From a virus (taxonomy: Duplodnaviria; Heunggongvirae; Uroviricota; Caudoviricetes), in IMG/VR virus record IMGVR_UViG_3300028887_000002, positions 64,001-128,000 of that record: DNA of 64,000 bases. The stretch is one strand, 5' to 3'. Made by a program: the position numbers and the translations under genes. The notes below the pieces were generated by a model, which was given only the letters and a program-made list of their open reading frames with translations, was not told where the DNA came from and did not search any database. How positions within the stretch are numbered: position 1 is the first letter of the stretch; every line of letters begins with the position of its first letter. Below, one piece after another: positions 53,257 to 63,492 of this stretch.

Positions 53257-55148
53257 TATTTGTCCTTTTCTGACTTTATTGTTTCATTAGCAATCATTTC
53301 CTTGTAGATTACCTTGTCAAACATATCCTCACTGACTGAATCTGTAAAGAGTTGATATATGCATTGTATATCCCTTGTCTGTGTAATACGGTAGATACGG
53401 TCTTCCGCCTGTTTATTTACTGCGGACGACCAGTCATAACTGTTAAACGCGAGAAAACGTGCAATCGGAAGGCTAATGCCCACACCGCTTGCAGCCACGT
53501 TGCCTATAAAAACCATTACTTTAGGGTTATTCATAAACTCATCCTGCGCCTTATCCTTTGCCTTGGTTGTCATCTTGCCGTTATAATAGACACACTTCTT
53601 TCCATAATGTTTAACAAGAATATCCATCTCTTCCTGAAATGTTGTCATAATAACAACCTTTTCGCCCGACTCAATCAGTTCGTCCACCAAGTCAATCGTA
53701 TTTGATGTCATTTCCTTAGCCAAGAACTGTCTAACAAGCATACCCTCAACCAACTGACGGTATTCTTCCGAATCGTTATTACCCATCTGTTCCTGCGCTT
53801 CCTGATATTCCTTCCACAACTTGTCATAATGTGCTTTCTGCTTATCATTGAGGTCGTAACGCTTGGTAATAATCTCCTTCTTTACCATATCACCGATTTC
53901 ATCGGCGGTTCGTCTTACATAAACATGCTTTATCTTTTCTCGTAGTTCGTCAAGGTTGGTAGCATCACCCATCTTCATAATGGTTCTACCGTCCCTTAAT
54001 CTCATTTCCTTACCACCGCAGAATTGTTTAACATAGTAGAAGTAGTCGTTTGTTATTTCGGCATTGATAAGTTTTAGGATATGATAGAGGTTGATAGGTC
54101 TGTTGGTTAATGGAGTACCAGTTGCAAGGAAAACATATGAAGGTTTGCTTTTTTGTAGGAAGTCCGCAATAGTCTTGTAACGTATTGATGTGTTATTTGA
54201 AAGTTTATGCGCTTCGTCGATAATAACACAATCAAAATGGTTAGTAAATAATGGAGATTTCATTAGTGCTTCGTTAATTTTATCCTTGTTGCGTGACTTG
54301 ACGGTCTTCTGAACCATCTCACCAGTTGACTTGGATTTAACCATTACAGGCACTTTCATTACCTCAACAACATTTCCGTCTTGGTCTTTGACTTCAACGT
54401 TTTCGTATAGGGGGTCAGTTGCTATTTCATAGAAGTTTTGGACTATATCGTAGTTGATTATAGTAAATTTCTTTATATCTCCCCATTTTGAACCATTAAT
54501 AATTGTTATGTTGTCAGGACTTTCGTAAAGTTCAATCTCCTTTTGCCAATTTGACTTCAAAGATGCTGTTGTAATAACAAGAATATGCTCAACACCAGTC
54601 TCCATTGATGCAACTATTGAAGAATTCGTTTTGCCAAGACCCATACCATGGGCTAAAATACACTTCTTGTTTGCAAGCATAAACTTTACAGCTTCTTTCT
54701 GATGTTCCTTGATTTTACGTCCATGGGTTTTCTTGTCATACTTGTCAAAATCAACCTCAATGCTACTGCTGTCAACAACATTCAATGGTGATAGAAGGCT
54801 TCGCTTTGACACATACATAAGTTGAGGTTCTACAGACTGACGGTACTGAACGTAGCAGTGGTAGCAGTCGTTTATTTCGCCTATAACTTTTCCAATCTTT
54901 ATCTTTGTTGGTAGGAAATCAATGAAATACTTTTCTTTTATCTTTTCAGCAAAAGCCTTTGTGATTCCAATTACCCTATTTACTTCAAATGGGACATAAT
55001 CCTTGTTTTTCATTATGTAGTCAATAGCAAAATCGTCCAACAACAAGTCACCTTTCTTGTATTTGGACTTGAAGTAACGGATGAGGTTGTTTTGACCTTC
55101 ATAATCCTTTACTATCGAATATGCTTTCGTTATTCGGTCTGTTGCCAT
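53256..55148 (-). CDS. SNF2-family (SMARCAL1-like) helicase
   Basis: MGLGKT, IIDEAH, TGTP..NRP, GVGISL, QAEDRIYRI. Confidence 0.92.
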   Translation of the reverse strand: MATDRITKAYSIVKDYEGQNNLIRYFKSKYKKGDLLLDDFAIDYIMKNKDYVPFEVNRVIGITKAFAEKIKEKYFIDFLPTKIKIGKVIGEINDCYHCYVQYRQSVEPQLMYVSKRSLLSPLNVVDSSSIEVDFDKYDKKTHGRKIKEHQKEAVKFMLANKKCILAHGMGLGKTNSSIVASMETGVEHILVITTASLKSNWQKEIELYESPDNITIINGSKWGDIKKFTIINYDIVQNFYEIATDPLYENVEVKDQDGNVVEVMKVPVMVKSKSTGEMVQKTVKSRNKDKINEALMKSPLFTNHFDCVIIDEAHKLSNNTSIRYKTIADFLQKSKPSYVFLATGTPLTNRPINLYHILKLINAEITNDYFYYVKQFCGGKEMRLRDGRTIMKMGDATNLDELREKIKHVYVRRTADEIGDMVKKEIITKRYDLNDKQKAHYDKLWKEYQEAQEQMGNNDSEEYRQLVEGMLVRQFLAKEMTSNTIDLVDELIESGEKVVIMTTFQEEMDILVKHYGKKCVYYNGKMTTKAKDKAQDEFMNNPKVMVFIGNVAASGVGISLPIARFLAFNSYDWSSAVNKQAEDRIYRITQTRDIQCIYQLFTDSVSEDMFDKVIYKEMIANETIKSEKDK

Positions 55149-55396
55149 TATATTACACTCATTATTTCATCACTACCTAATATGATACCACCAAAAGCCA
55201 AAGGGCTTATACGTAACAGAGTGGCAGCTACGGGATTTTTCTTTTCACAACTTACTAGCAATGAATTATTATCACTTTTATCCGTAGTATCCGTAATTAT
55301 TTCCATATCCCAGTCTTCTATCCTGTATGTTGCACCGCCCCTGATAATTTCAAGGCTCTTAGTGTTAAATTCTTCTCCGTTAATCTTCACTATCAT
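55148..55396 (-). CDS. hypothetical protein
   Basis: 82 aa, first gene after an early promoter. Confidence 0.6.
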   Translation of the reverse strand: MIVKINGEEFNTKSLEIIRGGATYRIEDWDMEIITDTTDKSDNNSLLVSCEKKNPVAATLLRISPLAFGGIILGSDEIMSVI

Positions 55397-55420
55397 AACA
55401 TATAAAATTCAAAAACTCCG

Positions 55421-55452
55421 CAAAGGTAGGAACTATTTTTCGAAAAACCAAA
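55421..55452 (-). promoter_or_regulatory. Bacteroidota sigma-A type promoter
   Basis: Minus strand TTTG-N20-TACCTTTG. Confidence 0.78.
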
Positions 55453-55476
55453 TATTTATTAAAAAAATATTTTTTA

Positions 55477-55995
55477 ATGCCAAACAACAATGCACGAGTA
55501 ACCCGTAACAACCTGTTCTATTCAGAAGAGGATTTCAAACTTGAAACTGACATTGTTATGGGATATATGGAGGAGGACTTAAACCAGACGGTTGTTGTAT
55601 ATGAAGTTGACAGGGTTGCAACCCAAAGTGATGACATATACAAGGACAGCGTAGGTGACATACGGTTTAAGATGCCGTGTGAAATACCCTGCTTGTACGA
55701 GATTAAGGACTCGCAGATGAAGTCATATAGTTCCAAGACACAGAACGGCGCTTATTCGATAACTGGAAATCTGACGGTCTACACAATGCCGAAGATTCTT
55801 GAAAAATATGACTGTGACATCAAGAGGGGTGATTATATTGGCGTACTGGTCGAGAACGGACGTATGATATACTTTGCAGTTGTTGATGATGGCAAGGTAA
55901 ATTACTATAACCAGTCATACATCGGAGCATTTAAGCCAGCATATAGGGTTATACAGGCAGCCCCAGTGACTGATGAAGAGTTTAAGGGTATTTAG
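55477..55995 (+). CDS. putative head-closure/neck protein
   Basis: Y.VD...T..DDIY; DIKRGDYI; position before terminator and sheath. Confidence 0.55.
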   Translation: MPNNNARVTRNNLFYSEEDFKLETDIVMGYMEEDLNQTVVVYEVDRVATQSDDIYKDSVGDIRFKMPCEIPCLYEIKDSQMKSYSSKTQNGAYSITGNLTVYTMPKILEKYDCDIKRGDYIGVLVENGRMIYFAVVDDGKVNYYNQSYIGAFKPAYRVIQAAPVTDEEFKGI

Positions 55996-56006
55996 TTTTT
56001 GAAGTT

Positions 56007-57053
56007 ATGAAGCATACTAGGGATAACATAGTGAAAGTTGACCTGTCGCATTATTATGACGGGGACATCAAGCGTTTTATGAACCAAAGTGAAATACTTG
56101 AAGGCGAACCTAACTTTCCACAGCCAGTAGAATATGTCGATATTGACAAGGCGATGATAGATTTTGTCAATGAAAGAATACCGATGTATGCTGACGAAAA
56201 ACTTATCCCAACTTTCACTCTGTACAGCAATCAAAGATTCTCTGAATATTCGCAGACATGGGAACATACTGATGAGGATGGTAATCTTTTGATGAATTTC
56301 AAGACGGTTACAAGAGGTACTTCGCCTAAGGCTGGCTCGTTACTAGGTGGTGCAAGGAATATTCCAGGTGATAGGAAATACACTTTGAGGATTAAGAACG
56401 TACTTGAAGACAATGGTAATGAAGCGTATGAGATTTATTCAATGAAACAACCGTTTACGATTGATATGGACTATTATGTAGCATTTGTTACTTCAAAATA
56501 TGAACATTTGAACTTATTTAACACTTTAATCAATGATTTGTTCAAATCGTTGCAGTGTTATCTACAGGTCAACGGACATTGGTTTCCATTACTGCTTGAT
56601 GACATAAGTGATGAAACTGAATATTCGATTGATAGTCGAAAGTTCTTCGTTCAAGCAGCCGCAATAAAGGTTAGGGCATATATCATACGGAGAGAAGACT
56701 TTGAAGTGAAGAAATACCCGAAGAAAATGAGGGTCAATCCTATTCTTGACAGGAAAAAGCCTCATATATCGTTCTTTGAAACGGAAGAACACGGAGAGGG
56801 TGCATTCAATGAACTGAACATTGATTTTGTCAGGGGGATTGACAAGGTTTCTTTTGATGTAAACTTTGATATGGATGTATGTGACATATCAACCACGAAT
56901 GTTAGGGTGTTCAAGATATATGCAGATGGCGAACTTCTTAATTTGAAGGACAATCAGATGAAAATATTTGAAGGAACAACACTCAAGGTTGTGATTATAC
57001 GATTCGACAAATCCCAAAAGTCAACCGTCACTTTCAAGGAACGAAATTTTTAG
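56007..57053 (+). CDS. putative tail terminator/sheath-stabiliser protein
   Basis: DID.A..DF, QP..ID..Y; immediately upstream of the sheath. Confidence 0.55.
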   Translation: MKHTRDNIVKVDLSHYYDGDIKRFMNQSEILEGEPNFPQPVEYVDIDKAMIDFVNERIPMYADEKLIPTFTLYSNQRFSEYSQTWEHTDEDGNLLMNFKTVTRGTSPKAGSLLGGARNIPGDRKYTLRIKNVLEDNGNEAYEIYSMKQPFTIDMDYYVAFVTSKYEHLNLFNTLINDLFKSLQCYLQVNGHWFPLLLDDISDETEYSIDSRKFFVQAAAIKVRAYIIRREDFEVKKYPKKMRVNPILDRKKPHISFFETEEHGEGAFNELNIDFVRGIDKVSFDVNFDMDVCDISTTNVRVFKIYADGELLNLKDNQMKIFEGTTLKVVIIRFDKSQKSTVTFKERNF

Positions 57054-57080
57054 TCTCAAAAACGCACGTTCAAAAATTTC

Positions 57081-57188
57081 TATAGTCTATAAGACGTTAT
57101 ATATTAAAAAACATAAAAGTTTTTAATTTACTTTTATGTTTTAAAGTAGAATATTATTATAAGACGTCTTATTATATATTAGACTATA
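57081..57188. repeat. nested AT-rich inverted repeats/palindromes
   Basis: TATAGTCTA/TAGACTATA; AAAACATAAAAGT/ACTTTTATGTTTT; ATAAGACGTCTTAT palindrome; TATAAGACGT twice. Confidence 0.8.
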
Positions 57189-57279
57189 TATGTCCATTGT
57201 TCAAGTTGAATGGGCTAGGTGTGAAAATCCCCACTTATCAAAAATTGAAGAAAATTTGCATTTTTGGATTTGAGTTGAC

Positions 57280-57286
57280 TATTTAT
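57280..57286 (+). promoter_or_regulatory. TATTTAT putative late promoter (representative copy)
   Basis: Same motif about 15-45 nt upstream of at least 10 late/structural genes. Confidence 0.6.
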
Positions 57287-57320
57287 TAAGTAAAATAACT
57301 ATATAAAAATTTATTGAAAT

Positions 57321-60300
57321 ATGGCAATAATGAACAATACTGGACGTAAACACTCAACACCTGGTGTTTATTTTAGTGAAGTTGATATGACATATGCTTC
57401 AAAGTCACTGGGTATCACTACGCTGGGCGTTACTGGTGAAACACTCCGTGGTCCTGCCTTTCAACCGATGATGATTGAGAACTGGAGACAGTTCCAGACT
57501 TATTTCGGTGGTACTTCAGTTGAAAAGTACAGAGGCAGTCAGTATCCAAAGTACGAACTTCCGTACATAGCAAAGACCTACTTGGAGCAGTCACAGCAAC
57601 TTGAAGTCGTAAGGGTATTGGGACTCAGCGGTGTTAACGCAGGTCCTGCTTGGGTACTCACAGCAACAAAGCATAAGTTATACACGGGTTATTCGTACAC
57701 TGAGATTGAAAAAGAACCCGAAGTACCAGAAGGATATTGGGATGACAAGACTTTCCCGTCAGACGCAGATGTACCTCAGATTCCAAACGTAACCGAAATT
57801 GACCCCGACTATGTAAGGGTTCTTGAAGGCTACAAGTGGAAAACTGACTGCTACTACGAACCGACTGTTACATTTGACGAAAACGAGACCTACATTGACG
57901 GTGAAACTCTTCCAGAACCTTACGAGAATGGCTTGATGAGAATCGTTAACAGCACAAGAATCGTTGACGTTAAGGTAGTAAATCCTAACGATGCACAGGC
58001 TTACCAGGAATACCTTGAAGAATACAACCTTGATGCTGAAACAAGGGCTAACATACTTGCCCACGGTGCAATGGTTGCAAAACTTGGTGTACCTACAAGT
58101 GATGTTACCTACTGGATGGTTAAGTTTGATGAAAATCCTGCTACTACAAGCAGTCCTGCTGCAACTATTCAGATGTTGAACGACAATGCTGAATATGTAC
58201 AGGACGAAAACAGCGGTGTTATCACATTGCCTGCTGGCAGTGAATACTTCCTGTTGAGTTTTGACCAGATAGCAGATTTCCCGACTGAATTTGATACCCT
58301 TGATTCAAGCAATTTCTGCGTTGTAACAATCGATTCAGCAGACTTGGATATTACTGGTTCAAGCGTAACGCCAAAGTACATCTACTATCATTCAGAACCA
58401 TACTACGCATACTACAAGAAGGTTTACAAGGTAAATGTTCAGACCGAAGAGGAAGATACCTGTTCAAATTACCTTAACACGGTAATCGGTGTATTGCGTT
58501 CACGTGGCGAACACAAGAAGGCTAAACTCTTGAGAACTCCGACTGAAAGCGACATTGAAAACGGTATCTGTGAAGATGTTTATGAATACGATGGTATCGA
58601 ATACTATGCTAAGGAAGTTAAATTGGTTCCTTCAAGCACTCTTAAACTCGGTAGTTCATGCAACCCAGGCTTCTCGGCAACAACTGGCGATTTCAGCATT
58701 GACGCTAACAACTACGGTACTTTCACAATCGAAGTTACTTATGCTTACGATGATAATAACGAACCATTGATACATCGTTATCCTGTAACTCTCAACAAGG
58801 GTGACAAGAACTATATCTACAACGTAATCGGCGGTGACCCAGAGGTTGGCGAATCCGAAGTTTATGTTGAAGAACTTTATGATGTTTCACTTGAACAACT
58901 CATTGAAAGCGGTGAAGTAAATGCAATCAATAGCGAATTGGTATCATACCCAGAAGTGTACATCGTTCCAGACCTCAAGCCTGTTAATGACTTGCTGACT
59001 ATGCCTGAATCAAGCCTTACAAAGAAGGACTTGGGTAAGAGATTCCTCTACAGCGCCAACGAATCGGTTGTTGAAGAAGAAGGTGTAGTTACTCCGATAA
59101 CAGTTCACTATTCATTTGACAACGGCAACACTTGGGTTGAAGCAGAAGGCAAGACTGGATACATCTACACGGTTGTAAGTCACCTCAAGACTGATGGTAA
59201 GAAGGAATATTTCTATGGAGCATACGTTGCTAACATTGAATTCGGCTACGAAAAGACAAGTTGTCTTGATATTCCTAAGTCATATGAATGGTTCAAGTGT
59301 ACTGAATCCATATCGGGCGCAGTAAAGAACACTTTCGGTTATGATGATGGTTTTGATGAGACCAACTTTGAAGAGTTCCTTGCTAACTACGACACGACTG
59401 TTGAGTCTCCGCAGTACATGAGACTTGTAATCGGTGGTTTGACAACTACTGACGAGGGTGACGATACATTTATGTGCTACAAGAAGGTTATAACAAGCCT
59501 CGTTGATTCGACCAACGCAACCTACAAGACTGAATACATTACCCCGTTCAACTACAAGACTGACGTAGAGGCTGAGGGTACTCGTATTTTCAGAAATACG
59601 GTTGAAGTTCTTGCCGACAGGATGTACTACATTTACCTTGAAGATGATGATGTTTATCCTATCACACTTGACTTCAACAACTACAAGGAACAGTACAGAT
59701 ATGCTTCGACTCCTTGGATACTTTCCGAAATCAAGGGTTCGGCTACTGATATTGAATTGAACAGACTTTTCAGATTCCACACCATTTCTGATGGTAGTGA
59801 TTCTTCTGTAGAAGTTAAGATTTCAATTGAAAACATTGACCCTGACAATGGTGTATTTGACGTAGTTGTTCGTGATTTCAATGACAATGACTACAATATC
59901 AATGTTCTTGAACGTTATGGTAAGGTTAACCTTACCCCAGGCGACCCAGATTACATTGCATTGCGTATCGGTTCGTTTGATGAAACTTACGAATCTGTTT
60001 CAAAGTACATCACGGTTGAAGTCAACGAAAACGACAAGACTAGAAAATCGATACCTTGCGGTTTCTTGGGTTATCCTGTAAGAAACTACTACGGACTTGG
60101 TGTTTACGAAAGTGAGATGCATTATAAAAAGGTTGCTGAATCAAAGGTAACTGTTGATGATTCCTACTGGACTGAACATCCTGAATATACCAAGCAGAGC
60201 GAGGAAGAAATCATTTCAATTGAACCTACTTATGACTCACCTGAATACTTGAGATACCCAATCAACTCAACAAGTTATGTATACTATGAAAAGGTTGACC

Positions 60301-61760
60301 AGATTCGTCCTACACAACCTTATTTCAGATACAACACAACTGTTGACGAGGATGTAAGAATCAAGAAGCAGTACTTTGGTCTTTCTGATATTTCGGGTAT
60401 TGACGAGGATATGTTAAAGTATAAGGGTGTTGAGGCTTACAATGGTTTACCTGATGGTATGACTGCTGCATTCCACCTTGATGCTCGTATTTTCAACGGC
60501 AAGCCAGACCCAGACGGGTATATCTACGATGGTGAATTGAAACAGAAGGTTACAGTTGATGGTATTACTGGTTATAGTTGGGTTACCGTATCGAAGAACG
60601 AAGTTACCAGCGCAGGTGAAGAACCAAGAATGGGTACTTCCGAAACTATGATGGGTACTATCTATGAAGACAAGAAATACCGCAAGTTCACTTGCTGCTT
60701 CTACGGCGGTTGGGATGGATGGGACTACTACCGTACATCACGTTCGAACTCTGACGAATACCGTTACAGCAAGTATAAGGGTGCTATCAACAAGTCAAGC
60801 GGACACGGAACAATGTTCAACGTTCTCAGCAACCCAGAGGCTTTTGGTTTCAGTGGTGAGGACAGAATCATAACTTCCGACTACTATGCTTACCTTGCTG
60901 GTGTTAAGCAATTCTCCAACCCGAAGGTTATTGAAATCAATGTACTTGCAACTCCTGGTATTGACTATGTTAACCAGCCAGCACTCGTTGATGAGGTAAT
61001 TGAAATGGTTGAGGATGAAAGGGCTGACGCACTTTATGTTGTAACTACACCTGACAAGCCGTTTGGCGCTTCTGACAACGAAAGTGAAATGTACACCCCA
61101 GAAGATGCTGTTTACAACCTTGAGGATACTGGTATTGACAGCAACCATGTTTGTACTTACTATCCTTGGGAGAAGTATTTCGACAGTGCAAACAGCCAGT
61201 ACATCTACTTGCCTATCACCCGTGATGTTTGCCGTAGCATTGCCTACACAGACAACATTGCTTATCCGTGGTACGCCGCTGCTGGTTGGAACCGTGGTAA
61301 CTTGAGCGGTGTCCGCCCAAGAAAGAAACTGAAACTCGGCGAACAGGATACCTTGTATGATGGACGTATTAATTTCATCAACTCGTTTGCTAACGAAGGT
61401 GATAAGATTTGGGGTGACAAGAACCTCCAGGTTGCTGAATCACAGATGAACAGGATTTCAAAGAGGAGACTTATGCTCCGTATTAAGAAACTCTGTGAAA
61501 ACGCTTGCATCAGCCTGATATTCGACCCGAACGACCCGACAGCAGGAAAAACCTTCCGTACTGTTGTCAGCGACATTCTCGACAATATCAAGTCCAACCG
61601 TGGTATCACTGACTACAGGATTGAAATTGACGACAGCCCTGAGGCTCGTGAAAGATTAGAACTCAATGCGACAATCTACATTAAGCCGACACAGTTGTTG
61701 GAATATATTGATATTCAAGCAGTTATAACCCCACAATCAACAAACTTCTCAATTGGTTAA
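57321..61760 (+). CDS. tail sheath protein with large insertions
   Basis: STPGVY..E.D, G.T..GP..P, V.RVLG; C-terminal PWYAAAG..RG, LY..RIN, WG.K.LQ, FDPND, IYIKPT..LEYI. Confidence 0.92.
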   Translation: MAIMNNTGRKHSTPGVYFSEVDMTYASKSLGITTLGVTGETLRGPAFQPMMIENWRQFQTYFGGTSVEKYRGSQYPKYELPYIAKTYLEQSQQLEVVRVLGLSGVNAGPAWVLTATKHKLYTGYSYTEIEKEPEVPEGYWDDKTFPSDADVPQIPNVTEIDPDYVRVLEGYKWKTDCYYEPTVTFDENETYIDGETLPEPYENGLMRIVNSTRIVDVKVVNPNDAQAYQEYLEEYNLDAETRANILAHGAMVAKLGVPTSDVTYWMVKFDENPATTSSPAATIQMLNDNAEYVQDENSGVITLPAGSEYFLLSFDQIADFPTEFDTLDSSNFCVVTIDSADLDITGSSVTPKYIYYHSEPYYAYYKKVYKVNVQTEEEDTCSNYLNTVIGVLRSRGEHKKAKLLRTPTESDIENGICEDVYEYDGIEYYAKEVKLVPSSTLKLGSSCNPGFSATTGDFSIDANNYGTFTIEVTYAYDDNNEPLIHRYPVTLNKGDKNYIYNVIGGDPEVGESEVYVEELYDVSLEQLIESGEVNAINSELVSYPEVYIVPDLKPVNDLLTMPESSLTKKDLGKRFLYSANESVVEEEGVVTPITVHYSFDNGNTWVEAEGKTGYIYTVVSHLKTDGKKEYFYGAYVANIEFGYEKTSCLDIPKSYEWFKCTESISGAVKNTFGYDDGFDETNFEEFLANYDTTVESPQYMRLVIGGLTTTDEGDDTFMCYKKVITSLVDSTNATYKTEYITPFNYKTDVEAEGTRIFRNTVEVLADRMYYIYLEDDDVYPITLDFNNYKEQYRYASTPWILSEIKGSATDIELNRLFRFHTISDGSDSSVEVKISIENIDPDNGVFDVVVRDFNDNDYNINVLERYGKVNLTPGDPDYIALRIGSFDETYESVSKYITVEVNENDKTRKSIPCGFLGYPVRNYYGLGVYESEMHYKKVAESKVTVDDSYWTEHPEYTKQSEEEIISIEPTYDSPEYLRYPINSTSYVYYEKVDQIRPTQPYFRYNTTVDEDVRIKKQYFGLSDISGIDEDMLKYKGVEAYNGLPDGMTAAFHLDARIFNGKPDPDGYIYDGELKQKVTVDGITGYSWVTVSKNEVTSAGEEPRMGTSETMMGTIYEDKKYRKFTCCFYGGWDGWDYYRTSRSNSDEYRYSKYKGAINKSSGHGTMFNVLSNPEAFGFSGEDRIITSDYYAYLAGVKQFSNPKVIEINVLATPGIDYVNQPALVDEVIEMVEDERADALYVVTTPDKPFGASDNESEMYTPEDAVYNLEDTGIDSNHVCTYYPWEKYFDSANSQYIYLPITRDVCRSIAYTDNIAYPWYAAAGWNRGNLSGVRPRKKLKLGEQDTLYDGRINFINSFANEGDKIWGDKNLQVAESQMNRISKRRLMLRIKKLCENACISLIFDPNDPTAGKTFRTVVSDILDNIKSNRGITDYRIEIDDSPEARERLELNATIYIKPTQLLEYIDIQAVITPQSTNFSIG

Positions 61761-61776
61761 CCAAAAATTTTCTCAC

Positions 61777-61816
61777 AAAAATAGGCGCATTATCTAATGC
61801 GCTTATTTTTTTTTTT
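61777..61816 (+). terminator. intrinsic terminator
   Basis: ATAGGCGCATT/AATGCGCTTAT followed by a T tract. Confidence 0.8.
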
Positions 61817-61900
61817 CACTCCTTATGAAAAATAGTTTACCAAAATTATCATTTCCCACTAATTATAATTGATAATAAGAAGAAAAAATATTTTTTCGAT

Positions 61901-62266
61901 ATGAAAAAAAATTATAGTAATATTTCACGCATCAACAAGATGCTTACGGAAAATGCCAAGAGACGTATGACATTGGAAAACCTCATTATGGATAACGGTG
62001 AGTACGATGAATATGACAATGGTGAAGATATGGGGTTTGAAGAAGATGGAAATGTTGATATACCAGAAGGCGGTAATAATACCAACGCAAAGGAATTAAT
62101 AAATGATATCAGACAGATTGCATTGCAGGGTGTATCTTCATTGGCAAGTAATGTTACTGACCCAATGTACGAAGTATTCAAGAAGATTTGGAATATTTGT
62201 GACAGCAGTGTAAATATTGAAAACAAGAATAAGATGTCCAAGGATGGACAAAATGGTATAAAATAA
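61901..62266 (+). CDS. hypothetical acidic late protein
   Basis: 121 aa between sheath and tube. Confidence 0.75.
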   Translation: MKKNYSNISRINKMLTENAKRRMTLENLIMDNGEYDEYDNGEDMGFEEDGNVDIPEGGNNTNAKELINDIRQIALQGVSSLASNVTDPMYEVFKKIWNICDSSVNIENKNKMSKDGQNGIK

Positions 62267-62289
62267 ATTGAAATAAAAAACATACAATT

Positions 62290-62778
62290 ATGTCAGATTT
62301 ATTGATAAAAGCGCCTATTGAATACGAACTTTTAAGAAAGAATCGTTTCTTGCTCCGTTTCCCGTCAGACTTGGGAATACAGGAATGGTGGGTGGATAGT
62401 GGCAACAGGCCTCATTTTTCACAGAACTCAACTGATATACATTTTCTGAATACTCAGACCTATGTAATCGGTAAGTACAAATGGGAAACCATGTCGTTTA
62501 CATTACGTGACCCAATAGGTCCGTCGGCATCACAGGCTGTGATGGAATGGGTACGTCTTCACTCCGAATCAATCACTGGCCGTCAGGGTTATGCTTGCGC
62601 ATATAAGCGCGACCTTATCCTTGAAATGCTTGACCCTACTGGAACTGCAATTTCACAGTGGATTATCAAGGGTGCGATGATTACTGATGTAAACTTCGGC
62701 GACCTTAACTATAGTAGTGATGATTTGGCTACAATTGAAATGACAATTCAGCCAGCATACTGTATCTTGTCGTTCTAA
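62290..62778 (+). CDS. tail tube protein (T4 gp19-like)
   Basis: YE..RKNRF, RP, GKYKWE....LRDPI.PS..QAVMEW, YKRD..LEMLDP.G, FGDLNY. Confidence 0.9.
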   Translation: MSDLLIKAPIEYELLRKNRFLLRFPSDLGIQEWWVDSGNRPHFSQNSTDIHFLNTQTYVIGKYKWETMSFTLRDPIGPSASQAVMEWVRLHSESITGRQGYACAYKRDLILEMLDPTGTAISQWIIKGAMITDVNFGDLNYSSDDLATIEMTIQPAYCILSF

Positions 62779-62894
62779 GAATTGGTTTTGGAACATTCGA
62801 TAATGTAAGCGGATATCTTGTTATATACCGCTTGCATTTCTATTTTTATAAGAAATATTATGAAAAATATAACCAATATCATTTATATAAACTT

Positions 62895-63434
62895 ATGCGA
62901 CAGCCGATAAAGGGAGAACACAAGAAACCTAAAACCATAATTCCTTCAAGACGTAAGGTAGTGAAGAAATATGGAACATCGAAACTTGAAACTTTTTTTG
63001 CTCATGAATACCTTGACCGTTTGGGGTTGAAATACATATACGAATACAACGCCAAAGATATCGGTAGGTTTTTTGATTTTGCGATAACAATCTATGATTA
63101 TGATTATATTATGGAATCGAAGAATGATATTGTTGGCGTTCGGCAGGAGAAACAGATAGTACCGATTGCCTTTATGATTGAGATTGATGGTGACTGGTAT
63201 CATGGAAACAAGGAAGTTTTAGGTGAAAAGAAATTAACCAAAATGCAGTTAAGGAATAAGGTTGTTGATGCTATCAAGGATAAGTGGTGTGCAATGCATC
63301 ACATTCCAATATTAAGACTTTGGGAAAATGATGTTAGGAAAAATCCTAAGAAGATATTTGATGAACTGAATGCTTTTATCGATGAAGCCAAGAGGCAACG
63401 TCGAATTCTTGAAACAAAACAAAGGCCTCATTAA
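62895..63434 (+). CDS. DUF559/Vsr-like endonuclease
   Basis: S.LE, FFDF, IEIDGDWYH, D..K..W, ILRLWE. Confidence 0.8.
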   Translation: MRQPIKGEHKKPKTIIPSRRKVVKKYGTSKLETFFAHEYLDRLGLKYIYEYNAKDIGRFFDFAITIYDYDYIMESKNDIVGVRQEKQIVPIAFMIEIDGDWYHGNKEVLGEKKLTKMQLRNKVVDAIKDKWCAMHHIPILRLWENDVRKNPKKIFDELNAFIDEAKRQRRILETKQRPH

Positions 63435-63492
63435 AAGTTGGTTTTATTTTATTATTCCACTATTTTATTTGGAGAAAAAAAAATACAAGTTT

